A stretch of DNA of 64,000 nt from Guillardia theta CCMP2712. Taxonomy: Eukaryota; Protista; Cryptophyta. Every line of letters begins with the position of its first letter. Within the stretch, counting starts at the first letter, position 1. The notes below the pieces were generated by a model. It ran no database searches, had not been told where the DNA came from, and was given only the letters and a program-made list of their open reading frames with translations. The DNA is taken from contig NW_005434604.1 in assembly GCF_000315625.1 (NCBI RefSeq), positions 124,001 through 188,000 of the forward strand, read 5' to 3'. The translations under genes and the position numbers were made by a program. Positions 21,271 to 34,353 of the stretch are shown piece after piece.

Positions 21271-24235
21271 ATGCGTTTGGGAATCAGTATCTTACTTGCA
21301 TTCTGTGTGAGCGGAACAGCGGCGACAGAATGGCGCAATGGCGATCATCAGCTTGGGTTCTGTTCGAGCACGGCGCTGCGTCATGGACAAGGGAGCAGGC
21401 ATGCGGCTCTCTCTACATGCAGGCATGCAGCGCCCCACGGGTCGACGAGCATCGGGAGGTCGAGGAGACTTTGCTTGAGAATGGATGGCAGACAGTCAGA
21501 TGAGTTTGGAGACATTACCAAGTTCCTGAAGGCTCCTCGACCAGGGCAGGTGAGCCTGACGACCTCCGTCGTCGTGACGTTGGCCGCTCTCCTCCTCACA
21601 TGCTCGCAGGAGCTCGCGGGTGACCGGGCGGAGGTTGTGATGGGGTCAGGGTTTGGGTTCTCGGAGCAGCTCTCCGAAGCTGTCGAGCAGGCGATGCAGA
21701 ACGCGACCAAGACCTGGAGGAAGAACAGTGAAGGCCTTCCTGCTGTGCCCTCCCTCGCCATCGTCTTCTTCACCTCTGACTACGCTCGAGACGGGTGGGT
21801 TACTGTCGTGTGGACATGCCTGGTCTGACCTCTGGCTCAAGGATCGGAAGAGTTCTTCCCTGTGTTCTGAGGAGCTTCGCCATGTTTGGAGGGAAGCAGT
21901 GGAAGGACGGAGTGAATGTCAGTGACATAGCAGAGGTCGCTGGCATCTAACAAGCTGCTGGCAGGTGGTGGGAGGGACTGTGGCTGGGTTCGAGGGGCAT
22001 GAAGGCAAGGGAGGAGTGAGCATAACGCTGATACAGGTAGTTTGACATGTGGAGCTGGTTGTTCTTTGTGTTCATGAGGCTGTTGGCAGGGAGAGAACCT
22101 GAGAGTCGTTCCTTTCAACGTTGGTAATGAAGCCTCTCAGTGGACGTCTGCAGGTGAGTTGGTGTCACGTTCAACGCTTGTCAGCGTCTTTCTCCCCTCC
22201 TGCTCCTCCCATCTCTCGTCCCTTTGAAGCTTCTGGAGCAGAATGGGCGTTCAAAGGCGGTTTGAAGGGGATTTACGACTCTCACTCCCTCAACATGGTG
22301 AGTTGATGTGAGTTGACATTGAAGACAATGATCTTGCTTGTAAGGTGATGTTTGGCCATCAATCATCGCAAGGAGCGCTAGAGAAGGTCTGTACTCTACT
22401 ATCCCTTGCTCTCTCTCCATGCTAATGCGCTTCCTGTCATGGCTCAGGTGATCGACGTGTTCGACGACTCCTATCCTCTTGCCAACAAGATCGGAGGCGT
22501 TGCTGGTTTGTTCTCTAGTCCCTCCTTCTTCCCCTTCTCATCTGCACTGCGCAGGAGGATTGGGTTCTGCTGAGGACAGGTTAACTACTGCATGCATAGA
22601 GGAGAATGGATGACCGGTGTCGTCGGCAGATGTTTGATCTTCAACAAGGGGGTCGGGGTCCTGAACAAGGTGCCTTGGATGTTTCGCAAGGATACTAGCG
22701 ATTGTAAGAGCTTCGTTGCATACAGAAGGGAGAGCTTCTGTTTGGAGAGGACAAGAACGCGGCAAAGTGAGAGAAATCAAGTTAGTCTCTCCTCTCCTTC
22801 ACCTAACGAGGGTTGCGGTCAGGTACTCAACTAGCGACGAAATCTTCTCTAGCGGAGGTGAGGAGGTGGATCAGCCGGCTCTGTATGACTGTTCCCTGTC
22901 GCTGCATCCTATCCAGATCTCACTTCTCCATGCTTGATCTCATTCCAAAACGATCGACAAAGTGTCGACTTGTTCGAACATCTTGTCGACGTGTTTGTTT
23001 CTTGTCCGTGTCGTGTTGAGATACTGTGCACATCATGTTCTAATATTTTTGTTCTGCTTGCTCCTTCTGACCATCTCAACATTCTCTCTTCCTTTGCATC
23101 TGCTCACTGACCATTTCTGTTCTCGCAGCATCGTGGAGGAGGGATGGGATAGTAGGAGCGGTCCTTGAGGTGATAGCGAGCAAGGAAAGGCGGTGGTCAG
23201 CATGTAAGAGTTGAAGGGCAGGGGCTGAACATGGATGTTTGCGCTCTCAACGACCAAACTGAGTCTACCGAAGTGACCATCGCAAGAATATCAGCTGGTG
23301 AGAAAACATCAAGAAGCATGTCATGTCCGCCAGTTCAGACATGGATTTGCGTTGTCATTGAGATGTGCAACTTGTATGCCATATCCAATCTCTGTTTGAT
23401 TCTTCCTTGCTTCCTAAAACGGCAATTGTCTGCCAACCTTCTCATCAGTTCTACATCATGTTCGGAAGTTTCTTGCAACAGTGATTGAACCCTTGTTGTT
23501 GCAGTGAAATCTGTACAAAAGGAAGAGAACATGCTGCCGGTCGGAGGGCTGGTGTTGTGTGATGAGACGTTTAAGGAATCGAAAGTAGACAAGGGCGGCG
23601 AGGCTTCTTGCTTCAAGGTTTTCACACTTGCCGCTCCTTCTATCTCTCACGCGCTCGTTCTCGGCAGATGTTGAAATCCGCTCTCAAGGTCCCCGTCGGG
23701 TCTGCGATCATGGAGAAGGTGAACGATTCGAAGGAGCTATGAGGAATAGATAGGAAGATAGGAGGAAGATGATGACGAAGGATCCGGGTAGAGGCAGTGG
23801 AAGGGCAAGGGGCAAGGGCAAGAGCAGGGCAGAGGAGGGGGCCGAGGAGGGAGAGGAGGGAAGAGGATGAAAGAGGCAAAGAAAACGAGAAGAGGAGAGG
23901 GAAGGCAGAAAGGAGGATAAGGAAAAGAAGAGGAGGAGGGAAAAGCGAAAAGCCAGCAGCCAAAAGGAGGGGAAAGGAAAGATGTTTAGCGGAGTTGTTT
24001 TACGTCACCAATCTGATCAAAACCATGTGAAGGTGATCACCTCGGATCACGACAAGGATGTGCTGGGCAAGGCTTCGCTAGAAACCAACTCGGCCACTCT
24101 CATCTCGCTGTATGCTCGGGAGGAGCAGATCCGAAATCTCCTCTCGGACGAGGTGAAGGAAAGGACATGGTTATCGCACACTGACATCTGTGCTGTCAAC
24201 AGGAGTTAGCAGAGGCCGATGAGATCTACGGGTGA
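21271..24235 (+). CDS. FIST-domain-like protein with signal/transit peptide, multi-exon
   Basis: Signal peptide MRLGISILLAFCVSG. QLSEAVEQAMQ...PSLAIVFFTSDY and DVFDDSYPLANKIGGVAG resemble FIST-N, and LPVGGLVLC resembles FIST-C. Confidence 0.55.
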
Positions 24236-24869
24236 GATCAAGTCTGCGGTCGTGATTGAGCATGTCCTTCAAACTAAACACGCTGCTTTCTTGCTCCCTG
24301 GACCTGATGCTTGCAGGAGTTGAATGTTGTCGTTGTTATGATGAAAGTGTTGTATTCTTTTATGCATTGTGTGTTCTTGTGAAAGTCGATTGATGGTTGC
24401 TGTACTTGCAGAAATACGATCGTGAATAGCAATGGCGATGTTTTGGAGATACCTAAGGTAGATGGCAACCATGTGCAAGTTGTTGCTGATTTTGTCTTGC
24501 AGTTTGTTGGGAAACCAAAGAAGAGTGGGAAGCGAAAGAGGAATTAAAAGAGAAGAACAGTGATGAAGAGAAACAGGGGAGGAAGGGGTATTAGGGTGAA
24601 GACTTCGATAGATCGTTTTACAAGACCTTTCAATGTATAAAGATACAACAATTTCAACATAACAATAGTCATATTTATCCGATCTCTTCCTCAACGTGAT
24701 GATTCATGGCAAACGGAACAATCGTGTTTGCTCTTCTTAGCCATCATAATCTGCGCCATTGCCGTTCACCTTCACGTTGATTCTATTCACCGCCCTCTCT
24801 TTCTCATTTCGCTTCCCCACATTCCTCCCATCACTGTCACACCTCTCTCAACCAGCCTCCTCTGCTAGA

Positions 24870-27655
24870 CTTGAACCTCGTCCGACGAAAGTTGGGACTT
24901 TTCATGCTCACAGCAGGTGGACTTACCAGCTTACCTCCTCCTCCTCCTCCTCCTCCTCCTCCTCCTCCATCCTCTCCCTCATTGGCGCTGTTGAAGCTCT
25001 CAAGCAACTTCAAGGGAACGCACGGCAGGCATCTCTTGCCTCCCGTTGTTCGTATCACAGCACACTCCTCATGGTCGTCGCTCGCACCCGAAGCATCCAA
25101 GTGCTGCTGCAGGTCTTAAGTGAGCCGGAGAGAACAGGAGGCGAGGAGACAAGACAAGAAGGGAGCGGAAAAGGTCAGGGGATGGAAGCAAGGAAGAAAA
25201 CACAGAGGAGGAAGAGAGGGAGAAAGGGATAGGAAAGCTGAACCTTCATCGCTGCTCCCTCAGCGTATTGACGGACTGATACACCAGCTATGTCATGGGC
25301 ATACTGGGAGGCTCTTTCCTCTTCCAAGTCGACATGGCGAGTTCTGACGTCGTCCTTGTGAACTTCCTCGATGTTGTTGACGATCCATTCTCTCACTCGC
25401 TCCTTAGCGTTGGGAGTTGCAAACCCCTAAGACCGTCATCGTGAGCGCGACAGGGCAGGGCTTAGCCAACCACCTGGGCTCTCAGAAGCATCCTTCTCAC
25501 GTCCCGAGACGATGGCTGGTCTGCCGAAAGAGTAAGACGAGGAGGAGGAGGAGGAGAAGGAGGAGGAGGAGGAGAAGGAGGTGGTGGTGGTGGCGGCGGC
25601 GGATGCACCCAAGGAGGACCAACTTCGTGGAAGGACCAGGAGCAGGAGCAATGAAGAGAAAAGAGCACGAGAGGGGAGGTAAGGGCTAAGAGCATACTGT
25701 CTTCAGTCTGAAATCTTGTCTTTCTACAATTCAGTCTTTTCCTCTCACTGCAAGAAAATTTTTCAATAAGACCAAAAGGAGAACGACAGGATATGAAGTC
25801 AAACGACAGCGTTTGTTCTCGTGCTGAGCACGAGAACAAACGGGCCGTTCAAAGCTCTTTCGGCTCTCACCAGTTCTCGGGGGTGCGGGGGAAACGAATG
25901 AGGTTGACGAGTGAATGGTCTTGTGAGGTCGGGGAGAAACCTTCTGCTCCTGTCGAGCATTCCAACACACCCTGGTTCAAGATCAGAGGCTCTTGGAAAC
26001 AGAATGAACAAGTGAAATGACACAATAAGGTATGGTGGCGACGGTGAAGGTGATCGTGGTGGTGGTGGTGATGGTAAGGAGGAAGAGGAGGAGGAGGAGG
26101 AGGAGGAGAACGAAATGATGACGAAGATCATGATGTTATGGTGGTAATTATGACGATGACGATGAGAAAACAAGCTAGAGAGTACACCTTTTTCATCTTC
26201 GACAAAAGCTGGCTGTCATAGATTGTTCCCTGTACCTCCATGTCACAACAGCCAGCAGAGTCCTTTGAAGTTGTTTCATCACGGGGTTGGAATCGAAGAT
26301 CCATCTCCTTCGAGACTTTGACGGGAGAGGTGAGACTTTCAAGAAGTCCCTCGGAGGAGTCTGGGGGATGTTATGACTCGGCACTAGGGGCGATTGCGGT
26401 CAGACTGGGCAGAGGAAAGAAATTTCATTGCTCTACCTTGACTCTCTGAAAGTTGTCCAACCCCCTTGTCTTCATCTTCATCTCCCAACTCCTCATCTTC
26501 TGGCTGCTCCTCATGAATCTTGGAACAGACATCTCGGAACAGGTGCAGTGAGTCGTTCCAATCCTGCAGTCCTTGTCAGCTCGCTTGCACTAGCTGCAAA
26601 CCCTTCACCTTCAGCTTCTTCAGCGTCGAGCTGTCTTCTCCGTAGTACATGCTGCATGTGGACAGTGCTGATTCCTGTAGCACCCATCACAACAACGGCA
26701 GGTCGAGACGAACAAGAGGCAAACACACCAGAGCATCCTGACTCTTTTGTTCATCGCCATTCCTCCATCCAAGGTATCAGCACGTGCTACGACCCGACAG
26801 TAGTTGATCTCATACCTGAGGTAGGCGATGCTCAAAACTCGGTATGTACAGATAAGCATGTCTATCCTCTCCTTAGCGTTCTGTGAAACATACGTCAAGG
26901 GATGGTACAAACACCGCTGTGCTTCCACCTGCCAATGGCTGGTCACCTCCCATATAGTATTGAGAGCCTCCCGCGCATGGTCCAACGAGCTCTCGATCTC
27001 TCCTGATTGAAGTTGCAGGATGGAAATGTTGAGGAGAGGAGCGCAAGCATTGGGCCCGACGAGTCTCGCAGAGCTCTCACGATCTTGCTGCGATGAGAGT
27101 GAGAGGGTCCACGAGGAACATGCATGCATAATTCACTTTCAGTCTTCCAATCAATCTGCTGCGGAGGGATTGGTTCAGCTTCAGAGCTTGTTTGAAGCAA
27201 TGGAATGCCAAGGAATCATCTCCCAGCCTAGAAAGATGCATACAATCACGAGCGAACGGCGCAGAAAGTCTGCCATACCTTCTTGCCGCGCACCCATTGT
27301 TATTCAGCGTGATCGCTTTCATCCTCAACAGACTTTCGTTAGCATCGCTACTATCATCCGAGCCGAGGAATGAGATGGCCATGTTAAGTAGCTTCTGTGC
27401 AGACTTGGCACTCTTCTCCTTCATCCGTCTGACAGCAAGAGCATTGATAGCACTCACTAGCTCAAGGTCCTGCGCTTTGCCCGAGTTTTGCGGCGCCTTG
27501 ACGAGATCTATTACGAATTTCCTAAGATCTTCGACGTTGGCGTCCTCTTTCATGCGCAGCTCTCTGTCTCCGTCCTGCCTCCTATGACTCGCAACGATCT
27601 CCTCCTCGAACTCTGTGCACACCATCTTTACCAGCTCCCTTTCCTGTCCCAACAT
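24870..27655 (-). CDS. TPR-like repeat protein, multi-exon (3' end uncertain)
   Basis: AITLNNNGCAARR/LGDDSLAFHCFKQALKL and LLNISILQLQSGEIESSLDHAREAL are TPR-like helical pairs. Confidence 0.6.
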
Positions 27656-27759
27656 TTTCCACACGCCTTCTTTTGAACGAATCAAATTTTGCACTCTCCA
27701 ACCAACTGCCTACCCCTACCCATGGATTCTATATGGTTTTCTACCCCTTTGTCAGTGCC

Positions 27760-28310
27760 CGGTGTCGGAGCACTGCCCCATCACTGCCATGATGAGTCTC
27801 GGACCGTACCGCCGGCCCGGCCCGGCGGCGTGCGACAATGTCAGACCGTCGGCGGACAGTGACTCAGTCACTGAGTTACTCCGAGCCTAGGCTCAGCGGC
27901 TCTCCGACGGTGCCCGGCCAGGCAGGGCGGCCCCCGCGGGGCCCCGCGGGCCATGCCGCATGCGCCCTGCCTGACTCGGGCGCCGCTGTGCGATCATATG
28001 AAGAAAGACAGTGGCCAGTTGCGGCAGTGCAATCACTGCGGGCTAGGAAGGCGCGGCCTCCGAGGCTCCAGGCTTCGTCACTGAGTCACACGTACGACAT
28101 TGCCGCCTAGAAAGACGTACTACGGCAAGGGGCATCTTGGTTTACAGGAGAGTTTCAGTGCTCGGCCCGGCAGGAGCTACACACGTGAACGGAGTAGTAA
28201 AAGTTGACTCCGGCAGTGAGTCATCACTGCCCGGTGCCGGGATCATGCTACAGGGCCACCCGGACACTGTGCCCTGGCAGTGCCACGGTGACAAGGGCCC
28301 TGCTGAGGCT
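27760..28310. promoter_or_regulatory. GC-rich intergenic island between divergent genes
   Basis: Same word composition as the other islands (CCGGCCCGG, GACTCAGTCACTGAGT, TGAGTCA, GTACTACGG). Confidence 0.4.
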
Positions 28311-28580
28311 ATCCGAGTGATTGAATTGAACCGATTGAAAGCAGGAAAATTGGATATCTTGTGGATTAAATCGATGAAATCGGAATTGGTAGGGACGTTC
28401 AAGATGGATAAGGTAGGCCGGCTCCTTCAATGCCGGTGCCGGGGGGGAAGAAGAAGCCATGCTGGGAGAGCGTGACATAGTCACTCGGAGAGGAAGAGAT
28501 GAGACTTCGACGTCAGAAAGAATGCTGAGAGTTCGGCACTTACAATTCAAACCAAGGTATCTGAATACCAACGTGTAAGA

Positions 28581-31500
28581 ATGCGGTGGAAAGACAAAGA
28601 GCTTTCCATCATCAACACGATGCTCTTGAAAGGCAACAGAAGGAAATTGTTGTGGCTGCTGATGTTCATGAACGTGTTCGCTCAAATACAACTGGTCAGA
28701 TCCCAGAAACTGTTTGAGAACATCACCAAACCACCAGAGAAGATACCAAATGTAGTCACAAGTTTTGGTCAATCCGTTGCAATACCGTTGATGACTTCGT
28801 TTCCCAAGGCATACTTGCTCGACACCATCGTAGCTGAGTTACAGGTCTCTCCCTTCTCTACCTCTTCGCTGCACAGTCCTCACACTTTCCATCAGATTGG
28901 AGGCATTTACAACCCTCAAGATGTCACCGCGTCGGTTGAGAAGTCAATCCGCGACTCGATCACCGTCAGCCTGAATCAGCTGCTGGATAAATCGAACGCC
29001 TGCTGTGCTGACATCAACAGCATCTTCATCACCAACGTTTGCAGCTACGATTACCTGCAGTGCCGCAACCTGATTTACAGCACGTTTGGAAACCTCTGTG
29101 GGAATGGTGACAACCTGAACTGAAACCATCCGTCTTCCTGCTGACTTGTGTTGTTTCAGGTGTAAGAAACAATGGAGAGCAGTGCGATGACGGAAACACC
29201 TTCTCTGGCGACGGTTGCTCCACCATGTGCACTATCGAATCAGGTTTCACCTGTACAGGGGGAAGCACAACCAGTGCCGATATCTGCACAGCACCGAACG
29301 CAACCTCTGGCAGCAGAAGGCATCTCACTCAGGCTGGCAGCATCTTTGTAGCCTTTCAGATTCAAGTCAGGAGCAACCCAGTCAACAGCTCTTACAAGCT
29401 TGAGAACGTTTTCTCGGTAGTGAGCGACCCCTCGTTCATATCGCAATTCCAGGTGGACATGAGAAGCAAGCAGTACCTCATCACTGCCCAGTACTCCCCG
29501 TGAGTCAGGCCCTGTATGTCAACAAGCGTTTGTGACGTTTCAACCTCCACAGGACGGGCTATCCAAAGATCAACCTGTATGCTGGCTCGCCGAGAGCTTT
29601 CTTCCACGACGTGATGAACAGTGCTTCTATCACTGCGTGCTTGACGTCAAGCTATGCAAAAGAACATCATGACGCCTGCCTGTACTTTGATGTGAGTTCT
29701 TTTAAGTCTGCTGCAAGTTTGACTCTGACAAACTTCGCTCAAGTATTTGGTGTATGAGTGCATCTTTGGATTGTTTGCATCAACTTTCCTGCTGATCACT
29801 TGCTGTGGCTTCGGTTGTGCGAGGCTCTTCCCTTGCTGCGCTTGGATTGGTCGATGGCCTTGTAGGGCAGACCAGTGTGGGGGAGCCCTTCCAACAAAGA
29901 GAAGAAAGCAGGACGAGAAGTTTCAAATTAATGTCTTGGTGGTCGTCTTCGTGGGCCTCCTGATGTGATTTACTTCTTCTCTGCTTTGAAGGGTGTGTAA
30001 TGCATTTGTTTTCCAGGGCTATGACGGCCATCGGATATCAGATCAACCTTCAAGCGGCTCATGACATCACCACCTCGATCTACAACCTGCAAAATGCAAA
30101 GAAAGCAACTCCGATTTTTGCTCAAAGTGTGTCAAACAATACTGAACTTTTGAAAGTCCGCTCAGAATACGAACTCAACACAATCAACAAACGATTGTCA
30201 GGCCTATCAGATCTCATATCTCTAAACTCGTACACAACTCTACAGATGTCAATCCTTATCTCACAGATTTTGCAAGCCCAGAATTTCATCGAGGGTGTAC
30301 GTGCAAATGTCAGCAGCGACAACATGTCCAACCCTTGCGTTTATTTGGATCCTTTCTCTTTCGAAGTATTAAGATACAATGTTGACCTGATGGTGTGGAT
30401 CAAACCTGATGGAACTGAGAGCGTCTCTCTGACTCCCAGGGGCAAGCACGTTTACAGCGATGGACACGGAAGTATCCTGACCAATGGCAAACGATCTCCA
30501 ACCTGTTCGGAGCATCAGTTTCAACGGAAGACTTATTCTTCGACACCTCTGGCTTGCCCTTGCTGCCGAGATTGTTACCAATATTTCTATGCTATGAATG
30601 ACAGCTTGAAGAACATGCCGTCGAGAGAAGAGTTGCTGAAGCTCAACATCTCATTGCCTGCAAGTGAGATCAAGGTTGACATCGACGCTCTCATCTTGCA
30701 GCTTCAAGATGGAATCAGCGAGATGAGTGCCTGGATAGATTCAATCAATACAGGGCTTGATGGTTTGATATCCTTCCTGCAAATTATCGTCGGCATATTG
30801 TACGTTCTTGTCTGATTTGCGGCGCTGTGTAGTTGCTGACAATGTTTTGCAGGCCTGTCATGTATGTATTTCTTTGGGTTTCTGCCTTTCTGGGCTTGGC
30901 TCTTGTTTTCCCGGCGTATTTTAGAAAAAGCCATCGATCAGTTTTCTGGTGATGATATTTTACCCGCAGAATCACCTCTGACAGATCCTTGCAGTACATA
31001 TACAATCGGTGTTGCACTCTGTACATTCTTTTACTTCCCACTTGTTGCTTTCGGGTCCTTTGTCATACTGCCGCTGAACGATTTCTGCAAAGGAATCCCA
31101 CAGACAGGCGACGATGCCTCAATTTTTCTGAAGACCTTCAGCACGAATGGCAACATCTCGGGGATCAATCAGACGCTGATTGCGATTTTTCAAAATTGTT
31201 TGACAAACCCACAGGGGTACGTCTGGAACATCGGAGGTGTAGATAGACAAGGCATCATCAACCGCCTGCAGAAGTACAATGCGTCCAATCGGGTGGGACC
31301 GACGTTCTTCTCTCACTTAAACACGGCATACCGAGACCTCACACGTAAGCTAGCTCCCCTCCCCGTCCACTTGTCTTACCTTTGCCCTTGACAGCCGGAT
31401 TCACCAACCACTACGACAGCATGAGCCGCATGACGGGGTCTAACATGTACTACGGGTACGACTCGATGCCGACAGGGACCCAGCAGGGAATCATGCAGTT

Positions 31501-32314
31501 TCAATACGGGGGAGTGATCAATGGCTTCAATGCAAACGCGCTCATCCCCAACATCAACGCCATCATGAACTCGGCCCTGGACCTCTTTGGACTGTTGTCG
31601 AAGTGCAACCTGTACCATGAGTCATCTCAAGTGCAGAGCAGGTGGCAAGCATCAGGTCACACAGGAACGATGACGGAGTTCTGCCTGACAGAATACACGT
31701 CCGAGTTCTACACAGGGTTTGACATCTCAACTCAGTCTGGGCAGACGCAAGTAGGATGTTGCTCCTCCGATGTTTTCTGGGGTGGGGCTCAGACCCCAGC
31801 GCAAGTGGTGTACGACTATGAGATCTACAAGAACGAACTCCAATCTATCATCGACGCCTTCGAGCATACGCTGTCACTGACCAAGGACGGCATGTCGAGC
31901 ATCAAGACAAAGTCGGCGGACATGGAGTCTAACATCACTCTCATGATGAGTGAGGCACAGGCTGAGATCAACAAGATAGCAGACGAGCTCTTGACCATTG
32001 GCTCGTGTGCAGACTACAATCAGCTCTATGAAGCCATCCGCAAGCCCATCTGCAACAACCTCTCCTACTCCTTGAACGGCCTCTGGATCCTTTGCCTCCT
32101 TGTCGCTCTCTTCTGGCTGCCTTTCTTCTTGATCCTCCTACGGTTCGCCAAGATTTTGATGCTCGCGCAAGGGATGGGGAAAGTTGCTCCTGGTCATCCT
32201 CTAGCCCCGAAAAACAGCTTAGTGGAGGTGCAGGTGCAGGAATCAGCCTTCACAGATCAGAAGAACACGATGAACGACAAGACTGAAGATTTGACTTTCA
32301 CAATCATAGACTGA
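28581..32314 (+). CDS. Prominin-like 5-TM glycoprotein with an N-terminal Myxococcus-type cysteine-rich repeat
   Basis: Signal peptide. CGNG/VRNNGEQCDDGNTFSGDGCSTMCTIESGFTC repeat. TM1 is followed by a Cys-rich loop (CCGFGCARLFPCC), and there are two large extracellular loops. C-terminal GSCADYNQLY...ICNNLSYSLNGLW...FWLPFFLILLRFAK matches the prominin pattern. Confidence 0.75.
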
Positions 32315-32390
32315 AGGCCGCAGCCAAGGCCGCAGCCATGTATGTTCGTAGCTAAGTAATCAATTAAAAGACATAAGGGAGACGCAGCAG

Positions 32391-33858
32391 CTAATATCCA
32401 GTGTTTGGCTGCTCGCTCAGGGATTGTTTGAGCTCATGGTACCTTGAGGTGATCCTCTTCTCAGTGATCTCGGGGTGGGTCATAATGAGGAACCGGTCCT
32501 CGACAACGGCCTGCAGCACTAAGTCGGCGACCTGGGCCAGACGGGTCAGTGCAAGAACGGGGTAGGGGGAGGAAACCATGTCAGGAGTCATGCCGTCTTG
32601 ATTGAGTCGCTCGTCAAACTGCTTCGAGATCGGGTCCAGCTCGTTGTCAAGAGCTCGGATGTTTGAAAGGTAGAACCTCGAGTTGGGAACCAGCGGCGTC
32701 GCCACCACCGAGGGGCAACTGTTGGAACTCAGTCTTTGTGGAAGGAAAGCCATCACGAGTAACATACAGGAGATGCGGAGTGACTGAGCTGTTCCTCTGA
32801 GCCAGCTCTACCTTCATGGCCTGCACCAGGCCAGTTAGGAGCATGCTCTTGAGTTCTCCATGACGCACCTGAGTGAGTACAACGGCACAGTGCTTGGATG
32901 ATACATAGGGACCCATAGTCGCCCTGTGTTGACTGCGATCACGCATCAATAACCTTAAAACCCGACAGGGAAGCAGAGCAGAACTCGCTGTTTCACCTGT
33001 ACAGACCAGCCCCAGAGGCGGTGTTCACGATATGCGTCTCAAACCCTTGCTTCCTGCCGTCCTTGTAAGCAGACAACAGCAAGAGAAGACAAGAGAAGAG
33101 GCTCACTCCATGTAGGGAACAAACGTCTGCATCCCGTTGATCAACCCGACAACGTTGGTGTCAAGGATCCACTTCCACCTCCGCCACAGTCACGGATCAT
33201 ACCAGCAACAACACAGGAGAGAGAGTTACGATTCTAGAGGTGTGTCCAGAACTCCTTTGTCCGGCTCACCAATCACGCCCGCATTGTTGAAGAAGATGTC
33301 CACTCTTCCGAAGTTCTCCTGCGCGCTTGCGTGAGAGACCTTAGCAACTCATTGCTCGACCTGGCAACATCGAAGGACGCTCGCCATATCATCGGGATCC
33401 CTGACATCTGCTCGCAGCGTGCAGAAACCCTCCAAGTTCTCCTGCTTGAGTTGCAGACTTGCCTTGTCGATCAAGTCTGGGTTCCCATCGCTCAGCACGA
33501 CCTTCATTCCGCTCCTGAGGCATCGTCGAGCGAGTGATAGACCTATCCCCGAAGCTCCTCCCGTCACAGCAGCGACCTGTTGAGGAAAGAACGTCAGGAT
33601 GGACATAGAACAACGTCTCTTCAAGTCTCTCTACACCAGGAGAACAACTCGAGTCCTCACCTTCCCCTGGAACTTGGACCTAATCAAACCGTCCAGCTTC
33701 ACCTCGGGCAGAACCTCTATGGCTGAGCCGAAGGCGAGGACGCACGCTACTAGAGCGGCATGTACAAGTGGGTGAACAGCCGGGCATGCCAGCTGGTTCA
33801 GCCCGCCATGCCTCCTCCTCCCTCGCTCGTCCATCTCCGATAACTCCAATGCTGCCAT
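32391..33858 (-). CDS. Short-chain dehydrogenase/reductase (classical SDR), multi-exon
   Basis: VAAVTGGASGIG, FNNAGVI, IVNTASGAGL, YVSSKH. Confidence 0.9.
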
Positions 33859-34353
33859 ACCGGCCCCCTACATAGACCAGGATCATTCCAAGCTCCCCTC
33901 AACTCAGAATTAGAAGTAAACATGAAGGCATTCTGTGAATTATTACATCATCCCTTCAATGTTCTACGACTAACCAGCGTCTATCGGTATTTACTTTAGC
34001 TAGGCGGACTTGTCGAGTGTGACACCTTGCATGCCAGCTAGTATTGTCCACCTCAATTTTTTACTCATCAAGAAGGTTGCGCCTCTCCAGTAGTACTGGG
34101 CGGAACAGTTTGCTCCCGAAACCCGGAATCATGCGTTTGTCAACAACAAGCAAGACGGGGAAGAAGAGGAGCAGGAGGAGCAGGAGGAGCAGGAGGAGCA
34201 CAAGGAGCACGAGGAGCACGAGAAAGAGGGACAAGAAATCGAGGGTTGGGAAGATAATAGAGGGTAGATTGAACACGAGGAGGACAAGAGGAGCGAAACG
34301 AGGTAGAGCTTGACAAGCATGCACAGGATTCGGCTGCTGCCAAGGCTTTCAGC

